Source: Dysgonamonadaceae bacterium (GTDB taxonomy: Bacteria; Bacteroidota; Bacteroidia; Bacteroidales; Dysgonomonadaceae). Taken from it: a stretch of DNA of 41,138 nucleotides. A model generated the notes under the pieces. That model was not told where the DNA came from, did not search any database, and saw only the letters and a program-made list of their open reading frames with translations. The translations under genes were made by a program, and so were the position numbers. The stretch covers positions 1 to 41,138 of the forward strand of contig DATERO010000280.1 of the NCBI GenBank assembly GCA_035271465.1. The letters run 5' to 3'. Each line of letters starts with the position of its first letter. Within the stretch, counting starts at the first letter, position 1. Below are positions 27,924 through 35,279 of this stretch, one piece after another.

Positions 27924-28093
27924 ATAAATTTATCAAAACGTAAAACGATTAAGTAATAAAATGGAAGATATTGCTTTATTTTCATTACATTTTAACACCT
28001 AAAATCATCAATGCACTTTAATTGCAAATTGGGCATAAATGTAATTTGCAAGCTTAATAGCTTAACTACATTCTATTTCTTAAATTTTAATCC

Positions 28094-28101
28094 TATCTTT
28101 G
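28094..28101 (+). promoter_or_regulatory. Bacteroidota-type -7 promoter box driving riboswitch 1
   Basis: TATCTTTG is identical to the box ahead of riboswitch 2. Confidence 0.5.
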
Positions 28102-28107
28102 CACAGA

Positions 28108-28293
28108 TTTTTGGTGTCATTCACTTCAGTTTAAACTTCGAGGTTAATGATTAAAAGGGAATCAGGTGTAAGTCCTGAACAGACCCGCTGCTGTAAGCTC
28201 AACAAAAATCCTTGTGCAATACTCAACATCCACTGTCTCGCCATTGCGAGATGGGAAGGGCGCACAAAGGATGAGTAAGTCAGAAAACCTGCC
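28108..28293 (+). promoter_or_regulatory. Cobalamin riboswitch (aptamer), copy 1
   Basis: Core AAAAGGGAAUCAGGUGUAAGUCCUGAACAGACCCGCUGCUGUAAGC, CCACUGU...GGGAAGG, and B12-box-like AAGUCAGAAAACCUGCC. Confidence 0.9.
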
Positions 28294-28327
28294 ATAAATA
28301 TTCTAGACAAACGTTCTCGGGAATTGG

Positions 28328-28366
28328 AACAATTGATCAGGCCCATGGGCCCTGGCCTCAATTGTT
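28328..28366 (+). promoter_or_regulatory. GC-rich hairpin in the riboswitch-1 expression platform
   Basis: AACAATTGA...TCAATTGTT encloses GGCCCATGGGCCCTGGCC. It lies 33 nt before ATG 28399 and has only a weak U-tract after it. Confidence 0.5.
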
Positions 28367-28398
28367 ATATTTAATATATAATTAATTTAAAGCTAAAA

Positions 28399-30057
28399 AT
28401 GAGAAGAATGAGATTGTATGCGATATTAATCGCAATGGTAACTTTTGTGGCTTGTAATGACGAAGATTTTGACTCAATACTAACAACAGATTTAGAAACG
28501 GAGACATTTATATTCTCTGCCGAAGGTGGAAAACAAACATTTGTACTCGAAAGCAATGACAAATGGTTTGTAAGTGAATTACCTGAATGGTTAAACGTAG
28601 AAGTAAAAGATTTTGAAGAGATTTCAGCAAGAAGCGTTTCCTACACTAAAGGCAAGAAAGAAGTAACAGTTATTGTAAAAACAAATCCAGATTATGAAGA
28701 GCGAAGCAGCGAAGCCATTTTATCCACAATAAATGGGACAATATTGAAGCTTACAATAACACAAGAAAAGAAAACAAAGCTTCTAACAGATTTAGAGTCT
28801 AACGAATTAAATTTCTCCTATCGTGGAGGTCAACATTCCTTTTTGCTAGAAAGCAATGAGGAGTGGACCATCAATGACATACCCAGTTGGTTGTCAGTTT
28901 CTGTTATAGATGTCGAGGAAGTTGATGTGCGTAGCACTTCGTATGAGAGTGGTGAAAAAGAAATCACCATTACTGCAGAAGTAAACAGTCAATTTGAGAC
29001 ACGTTCAGCTGAGATCACTTTAACATCACTGAAAAATCAGACAATCATCCTAGAAGTTGTGCAAGAAAAGAAACCGGAACTCGTAGGCTATTGGATTTTG
29101 AGTGAAGGATATGCAGGAAGTGACAATTCTGAAATCGCCTGGTTTGATAATGCAACAGGCATACTAACTAAAAAGCATTTCAAAACTATAAATGGAACAA
29201 CTTTAGGTGACACAGGTAATGCTCTGAAAATTTATGGTAGTAAAATGTACGCTGTTATAAGTGGCTCTGGCTTCGGGGCAAATACTCCTCATGGCACCAG
29301 CTACATTGAAGTGATTGATCCAAAAAACGGAAAATCGATTAAGCGTATTCAATTTACAAATACTGGAGGTGATGCAGCTAAACCACGCAACATCATCTTT
29401 GAAGGCGGATTTGGATACATTACTAGCTATTCTAATGAATTAGTTCGCTTAGACACATTAACTTTGGAATTTGATTCGCGAGCAGCACTGTCTGGAAAGT
29501 TGGCTGAAGGTTTAGCATATAGCAATGGATATATATATGTGTGTAACTCAGGACAAGGAGAGGATAACAAAATATCAGTTGTAAATACTGAAACTATGGA
29601 AGAAACAAAAATTATCACCTCACCAATGAATCCTACTGGAATTGTGGCTACTAGTAGTGGTGAAATTTACTTCAATACAAATTATCCTGAATATAAACTT
29701 TACAAACTGACAGAAGATGATAATTATGAAGAGTTGCAAGGATTGAGTGTCGCTGATATGATATATACAAACAACAATATATATACAAGTTCTTTCGATT
29801 GGGGAACTTACATGGGTGAAGTTAACCAATTTAACACGACAACACATACTCACACTAAGCTAGGTCTTGATTTAAAAAGTGTCGGAATTGACATGCTTAT
29901 GGAGTATCACATTGGAACAATAAATGAATCGGATGATCTATACTTATCTGGAATGGGGCAGGATGTTATAATCTTTGATCCTGCAACACTGGAGATCAAA
30001 CACGCATTTCAAACAGGCGTAGCAAATGGGTCGGGAGTTGTTGCAGTTTATAAATAA
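28399..30057 (+). CDS. Surface lipoprotein: two tandem BACON-like Ig domains plus a BtuG/YncE-like (DUF5074-type) beta-propeller
   Basis: Lipobox TFVAC (Cys19). Two repeats of about 100 aa fit the BACON pattern (F.FSAEGG.QTF.LESN..W...P.WL.V...KEVTV...N...E.RS.E..L...L.ITQ). The C-terminal region starts GYWILSEGY...LGDTGN, paralleling FYLLNEGN...LGDVGN in the propeller gene at 34056. Confidence 0.8.
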   Translation: MRRMRLYAILIAMVTFVACNDEDFDSILTTDLETETFIFSAEGGKQTFVLESNDKWFVSELPEWLNVEVKDFEEISARSVSYTKGKKEVTVIVKTNPDYEERSSEAILSTINGTILKLTITQEKKTKLLTDLESNELNFSYRGGQHSFLLESNEEWTINDIPSWLSVSVIDVEEVDVRSTSYESGEKEITITAEVNSQFETRSAEITLTSLKNQTIILEVVQEKKPELVGYWILSEGYAGSDNSEIAWFDNATGILTKKHFKTINGTTLGDTGNALKIYGSKMYAVISGSGFGANTPHGTSYIEVIDPKNGKSIKRIQFTNTGGDAAKPRNIIFEGGFGYITSYSNELVRLDTLTLEFDSRAALSGKLAEGLAYSNGYIYVCNSGQGEDNKISVVNTETMEETKIITSPMNPTGIVATSSGEIYFNTNYPEYKLYKLTEDDNYEELQGLSVADMIYTNNNIYTSSFDWGTYMGEVNQFNTTTHTHTKLGLDLKSVGIDMLMEYHIGTINESDDLYLSGMGQDVIIFDPATLEIKHAFQTGVANGSGVVAVYK

Positions 30058-30166
30058 CCATTAAAGAACATTTGCTTTATACTTATGTTCTGTTAGTAGA
30101 ATAAATAAAAGATACGGATATAATTACGAAGAATATAAATACTAAACTGACTAAATAACAAAAAAA

Positions 30167-31510
30167 ATGAAAGGATTTAGATTATATGCGATTTTACTCG
30201 CATTCATATCATTTGCAGCATGTAGTGATGACGATTTTGATTCGATAATAACTACAGACTTAGAAACTGAGACATTGGCATTTGCAGCCGAAGGTGGTAA
30301 ACAAACATTTGTTCTTGAAAGCAATGATAAATGGTTTATTGACAAACGTCCAGATTGGTTAATCGTAGAAGTAAAGGATTTAGAGGAAATAACCGTTAGA
30401 AGTGGCTCTTATACCGAAGGAAGAAAAGAAGTAACTGTTGTTGCCGCAGCTAATCTTGAAAATGAGATCCGCACTGTAGAGTTAATACTATCAACACTCA
30501 ATGGAAAGATGGTGAAATTGACAGTTACTCAAGATAAGCAACTCGCTCTTGCAGGCTATTGGATTCTGAGTGAAGGATATACTGGACAAGCAAATGCAGA
30601 ATTGGCTTGGTACGACATTGCTAAAAATAAGGTTTTAGAAAAACAATTTTCAGCATTAAATGACAAACCTTTGGGTGATACTGGAAATCAGTTGGCATTA
30701 TATGGAAGCAAAATGTACGTTATCGTGACAGGTGGTGGATTTACTACTGAAACATCAAGCGATGACAGCTATATTGAAGTAATCAACCCTTATGATGGAA
30801 AATCAATCAAGCGTATTCCTTTCAAAAATGTGGAAGGAACTCCTGCAAAACCGCGCAACATTATTTTTGAAGGTGGATATGGTTATGTTAGTAGTTACTC
30901 CAACGAAGTAGTTCGTTTAGATACTGCTTCACTTACGCTTGATGAGCATGCTGCATTAAGTGGAACAATGGCAGAAGGACTTACCTATAATAATGGAAAC
31001 TTATACGTTAGCAATGGTGGACAGGGGTTTGACAATAAAATATCTGTTGTAGATGTTGAAAACATGGAAGAAACTAAAGTTATTTCTACGGCTTATAATC
31101 CAAACCATATCGTATCTGTAAGCAATGGAGACATCTACTTCAATACAGACTGGCCAGAGTATAAATTATACAAACTAACCATTGCCGACGAAGAAGTAAC
31201 CGAGGTGCCAGGCCTTAGTGTTGCAGATTTAACTTTCAGCAACAACAATATATATACAAGCTTTTATGACTGGGATAATTCAAAGGGATCCGTCAATGAA
31301 TTGAACATTGCTACGTCTGAAGTTACAGAACTTAATCTTGAATTAGGAAGCTCTGAATATCATATTGGCACAATCAATGGTTCAGACCTACTTTATCTCA
31401 CAGGAATGGGTGATGATATTGTAATCTTTGATCCAGTTACAAAAGAAATTAAACACTCATTCGCAACAGGTGTTCCTGGAGGAAGTGGTGTTGTAGCAGT
31501 CTATAGATAG
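30167..31510 (+). CDS. Surface lipoprotein: one BACON-like domain plus a BtuG/YncE-like beta-propeller (paralogue of 28399-30057)
   Basis: Lipobox SFAAC (Cys19). Clearly collinear with the upstream gene by eye, apart from the missing second BACON repeat, and ends ...GSGVVAVYR versus ...GSGVVAVYK. Confidence 0.8.
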   Translation: MKGFRLYAILLAFISFAACSDDDFDSIITTDLETETLAFAAEGGKQTFVLESNDKWFIDKRPDWLIVEVKDLEEITVRSGSYTEGRKEVTVVAAANLENEIRTVELILSTLNGKMVKLTVTQDKQLALAGYWILSEGYTGQANAELAWYDIAKNKVLEKQFSALNDKPLGDTGNQLALYGSKMYVIVTGGGFTTETSSDDSYIEVINPYDGKSIKRIPFKNVEGTPAKPRNIIFEGGYGYVSSYSNEVVRLDTASLTLDEHAALSGTMAEGLTYNNGNLYVSNGGQGFDNKISVVDVENMEETKVISTAYNPNHIVSVSNGDIYFNTDWPEYKLYKLTIADEEVTEVPGLSVADLTFSNNNIYTSFYDWDNSKGSVNELNIATSEVTELNLELGSSEYHIGTINGSDLLYLTGMGDDIVIFDPVTKEIKHSFATGVPGGSGVVAVYR

Positions 31511-31548
31511 AAGTTTCTATTAGGTAGAAGTAAAATTATAATTTATTG

Positions 31549-31601
31549 CGAGATGCATGGTAAAGAATATAAACATTCTTCACCGAGCATCTCGTTTTTT
31601 T
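31549..31601 (+). terminator. Rho-independent terminator ending riboswitch unit 1
   Basis: cgagatgc/gcatctcg stem (with inner gaat/attc pairing) followed by T7. Confidence 0.75.
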
Positions 31602-31666
31602 ACAAATATCTAGTCTCATAAAATAATATAGAAGTTAAATACATTCTATATTATTAATTTAATACT

Positions 31667-31674
31667 TATCTTTG
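31667..31674 (+). promoter_or_regulatory. Bacteroidota-type -7 promoter box driving riboswitch 2
   Basis: TATCTTTG. Confidence 0.5.
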
Positions 31675-31680
31675 TCCTAG

Positions 31681-31867
31681 AATTTTGGTGCTACATGTTT
31701 CAACAATGCTTCGAAACAATGTGGTGAAAAGGGAATCAGGTGAAAGTCCTGAACAGACCCGCTGCTGTAAGCTCAACCAAAATCCTTGTGCAAAACTCAC
31801 AAACCACTGTCTCGCCTCGGCGAAATGGGAAGGACGCACAAAGGATGAGCAAGTCAGAAAACCTGCC
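31681..31867 (+). promoter_or_regulatory. Cobalamin riboswitch (aptamer), copy 2
   Basis: Same core as copy 1 with a few substitutions, including changes in the helix CUCGCCAUUGCGAG versus CUCGCCUCGGCGAA. B12 box AAGUCAGAAAACCUGCC. Confidence 0.9.
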
Positions 31868-32001
31868 AGAATTAAATAAATGTTTCAAAATGCTTTCGGG
31901 GAATAAAGCTTGAGAACGACTTGGTAATTCAATTTTTTGATTGCTCTTTTCGCATACCTTCGTTTTTACTCTTTTATTCTATCGGAATAATATTTCGATA
32001 A

Positions 32002-34059
32002 ATGTTCTCATTTCATAAAACAACCTTCTCTTTTCTCTTCGCACTCTTTGTGCTGAGCAATACTGTTGTGCTTGCACAATACCAAACAGACAGTTTGCAA
32101 TATCTACCCGAAGTGGTGATAACAATTGGCAGCACATATAAAGAAGTGATTCCTGCACAAAAGCTTTCGGGCGAAGAGTTGAAAACTCTTAACAGTTTTT
32201 CTGTTGCTGATGCTATCCGATATTTCTCAGGCGTACAAATTAAAGATTACGGAGGCATTGGTGGTCTAAAAACTGTCAATGTGCGAAGCCTTGGGACAAA
32301 CCATGTAGGAGTTTTTTACGATGGCATTCAATTGGGCAACGCGCAAAATGGACAAATCGACTTAGGGAAATTTTCACTTGATAATATCGAAGAGATTTCA
32401 TTGTACAATGGACAAAAGAGCGACATATTACAAACTGCAAAGGATTATGGTTCGTCTGGGTCTGTCTATCTTCGTTCTCGATCTCCAAGATTTGAATATG
32501 GTAAGAAGCAAAATCTTAAAGCTGTTATAAAAACAGGCTCTTTCGACCTCATTAATCCATCCGTGCTCTACGAGTACAAAATCAACAATGATTTAAGTGC
32601 ATCTATTAATGGTGAATACATCAAATCATCGGGCAAATACAAGTTTAGGTACAAACGTGTTCTTCCAGGAACATCGGAGGTAATGTATGACACAACTGCG
32701 GTCAGACAAAATGGAGATATCGAATCAATACGCCTTGAGGCTGGATTATATGGGCTACTATCTCAAGGACATTGGAAATGGAAAAACTATTTCTACAACT
32801 CCGAAAGAGGAATGCCTGGTGCAATTGTAAACAATCGATGGATGAATCCTCAACGTCAATGGGACAGAAGCTTTTTCACTCAAGCATCATTGCAAAAAGC
32901 ATTTGGTAACAATTACGAACTCCAAGCAAATGCAAAGTATGCTCATGACTACATGCGCTATCTCAATCCCGATACCACACTCATGTTGATTGACAATTCG
33001 TTTCGACAACAAGACCTTTATGCATCCTTAGCAAACAGATATACTATTTTGCCCAATTGGGATGTCTCTTTGTCAACAGATATACAATATAACACCCTTA
33101 CTTCAGACATGGCAGGTTTCATTTTCCCCAAACGATTGACAACACTAGTAGCATTAGCAAGTGCTGTTGAAATAGGGAAAGTGAAAGTGCAAGGAAGTGC
33201 ATTGGGTACTTTCGTAAACGAAAGAACTGATAGAGGAACAACTGATGATGGTGAATCTATAAAGTCTGCACCTAACAAAAAAGAGTTCACTCCTGCCCTA
33301 TTCGCATCATACAAACCATTTTCGAATCACAACTTCAATATCAGAGCATTTTATAAAAACATCTTTAGGATGCCTACGCTTAATGATTTGTATTATACTG
33401 ATATAGGCAATGCAAACCTGAAACCAGAGTTCACACATCAATACAACTTAGGTTTTCAGTATTCAAAATCATTTAAGAACAGATTGGTAAAGCAAGCAGA
33501 CTTTCAAGCAGATGGATACTACAACGAGATTACAAATAAAATTGTAGCAATACCAAAAGGAAGCGGACAGTATCGCTGGATGATGATGAACTATGGATAT
33601 GTGGAAATACGTGGTGTGGATATAGCAACATCAGCATTGTTAGAGCCTTATAAAGACCTGTTCATCAACTTAAAATTGACCTACACTTATCAAAAAGCAC
33701 AAGATTTCACAGAACGTATCAGCGAAGAGTTGCAGCAAACCACCTACGGTGGACAAATTGCGTACATTCCTTGGCATAATGGCTCAGCCATTGCAAGCAT
33801 CAATTACAAATCGTGGCAATTGAACTATAGTTTCATATATGTAGGAGAACGTTATCATTCATCAGCAAATATTCGAGAAAACTATGAACAACCTTGGTAC
33901 ACAAATGACATGGCGTTGATAAAAAACATTGAATATAAGAAGATGAAGATGAGAGTTAGTGCAGAAGTGAATAACCTCTTAAGTCAAGACTACGAAGTAG
34001 TGCTCAACTACCCCATGCCAAAAAGAAATTACAAACTTTCATTGACTTTTGAAATATGA
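32002..34059 (+). CDS. btuB: TonB-dependent outer-membrane receptor, vitamin B12/corrinoid type
   Basis: Signal peptide ...VVLAQ, TonB-box-like LPEVVIT, and plug motifs (FSVADAIRYFSGVQIKDYGG, VRSLGTNHVGVFYDG). The 685-aa size is typical of BtuB. It lies directly downstream of a cobalamin riboswitch. Confidence 0.85.
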   Translation: MFSFHKTTFSFLFALFVLSNTVVLAQYQTDSLQYLPEVVITIGSTYKEVIPAQKLSGEELKTLNSFSVADAIRYFSGVQIKDYGGIGGLKTVNVRSLGTNHVGVFYDGIQLGNAQNGQIDLGKFSLDNIEEISLYNGQKSDILQTAKDYGSSGSVYLRSRSPRFEYGKKQNLKAVIKTGSFDLINPSVLYEYKINNDLSASINGEYIKSSGKYKFRYKRVLPGTSEVMYDTTAVRQNGDIESIRLEAGLYGLLSQGHWKWKNYFYNSERGMPGAIVNNRWMNPQRQWDRSFFTQASLQKAFGNNYELQANAKYAHDYMRYLNPDTTLMLIDNSFRQQDLYASLANRYTILPNWDVSLSTDIQYNTLTSDMAGFIFPKRLTTLVALASAVEIGKVKVQGSALGTFVNERTDRGTTDDGESIKSAPNKKEFTPALFASYKPFSNHNFNIRAFYKNIFRMPTLNDLYYTDIGNANLKPEFTHQYNLGFQYSKSFKNRLVKQADFQADGYYNEITNKIVAIPKGSGQYRWMMMNYGYVEIRGVDIATSALLEPYKDLFINLKLTYTYQKAQDFTERISEELQQTTYGGQIAYIPWHNGSAIASINYKSWQLNYSFIYVGERYHSSANIRENYEQPWYTNDMALIKNIEYKKMKMRVSAEVNNLLSQDYEVVLNYPMPKRNYKLSLTFEI

Positions 34060-35246
34060 AAAAGATGAATAAAACATACATAACGAAAGCATTAATATCA
34101 CTCATTGCCCTCATTCTCATGATTAGCTTCACAGCTTGTCGTGACGATGTTGAGTTGAATCTATCGGAAAATACTGATGTAGATTCACCAGGTGTGATAG
34201 GAGACTATCAAGGTTTCTATTTATTGAATGAAGGAAACATGGGGAACAACAAATCAACCCTCGACTTTTATGATTTTGAAACTGGAGTTTACACAAAAAA
34301 TATTTATGCAGAAAGAAACCCTACAGTACCCAAGGAGTTAGGTGATGTTGGCAATGACATAGGTATATATGAAGGAAAATTATATGCAGTAATAAACACA
34401 TCCAACAAAGTAGAAGTAATGGATGCTGTGACAACTAAGCGTATTGGACAAATAGATATTCCCAATTGTCGATTTATTAAATTTCACGATGGCTATGCCT
34501 ATGTAACCTCGTATGCAGGACCTGTGATAATTGATCCAAACTATCAACAGTTAGGTTATGTTGCAAAAATAAACACTACCACACTAAAGCAAGAAGACCG
34601 ATGCCTGGTAGGCTTCCAGCCCGACGAATTAGAAATAGTGGATGGTAAAATATATGTTGCCAACTCAGGTGGTTATATGGGTGCAGGAAATACATCAGGA
34701 TATGAGCGAAACGTTTCTGTAATAGACATTGCTACTTTTAAAGAAGAAAAGCGTATTGATGTTGCTGATAATTTAGAACGTATTAAAGCGGACAAGCGAG
34801 GCAACTTATGGGTGAGTTCGCGTGGTGATCACGGTAATCTTCCTCCACGTCTCTTCTTTATTGATAAGGAAAAACAGCAGGTTACAGACACCATTAATAT
34901 TCCTGCCAGCAATTATTGGTTGGACGATGATTTGCTCTACGCTTATGGAAGTGAAGATGGTAATTATTCTGAGGGGGCTTATTCATATCACATAGTGGAC
35001 ACCAAAACACATGAGATTGTCACCAAACAGATTATCACAGATGGAACTGACAAGAAGATTGAGAAACCATACGGCATCATGGTACATCCCGAAACAAAAG
35101 ATATATACATTACCGATGCAGGCAATTATGTTACGACAGGGATATTGTACTGCTTTGATAAAGATGGAAAGAGAAAGTGGAGCGTAGCTGCGGGAGATAT
35201 ACCCGCACACTTTGCATTGCTACCTGCCTCTAAACAAACCGATTAA
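34056..35246 (+). CDS. BtuG-like surface lipoprotein (YncE/DUF5074-type beta-propeller)
   Basis: Lipobox FTAC (Cys28). FYLLNEGNMGNNKSTLDFYD start motif and repeated blade-like segments. Its ATGA start overlaps the btuB stop. Confidence 0.8.
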   Translation: MKKMNKTYITKALISLIALILMISFTACRDDVELNLSENTDVDSPGVIGDYQGFYLLNEGNMGNNKSTLDFYDFETGVYTKNIYAERNPTVPKELGDVGNDIGIYEGKLYAVINTSNKVEVMDAVTTKRIGQIDIPNCRFIKFHDGYAYVTSYAGPVIIDPNYQQLGYVAKINTTTLKQEDRCLVGFQPDELEIVDGKIYVANSGGYMGAGNTSGYERNVSVIDIATFKEEKRIDVADNLERIKADKRGNLWVSSRGDHGNLPPRLFFIDKEKQQVTDTINIPASNYWLDDDLLYAYGSEDGNYSEGAYSYHIVDTKTHEIVTKQIITDGTDKKIEKPYGIMVHPETKDIYITDAGNYVTTGILYCFDKDGKRKWSVAAGDIPAHFALLPASKQTD

Positions 35247-35279
35247 TTTTAAAAACTATTAAATATAAACATTTGAACT

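Noticed and set aside
28131-28361. 76-aa minus-strand ORF
   Set aside because: It lies entirely within cobalamin riboswitch 1 and its expression platform. Its GC-rich, structured RNA sequence explains the open frame.
28371-28562. 63-aa minus-strand ORF, with its look-alike at 30151-30345
   Set aside because: These are antisense shadows of the highly similar 5' ends of the two paralogous lipoprotein genes. Their similarity reflects the sense-strand duplication.
31685-31879. 64-aa plus-strand ORF
   Set aside because: It coincides with cobalamin riboswitch 2. Its peptide is nearly the same as a frame of riboswitch 1 only because the RNA elements are duplicated.
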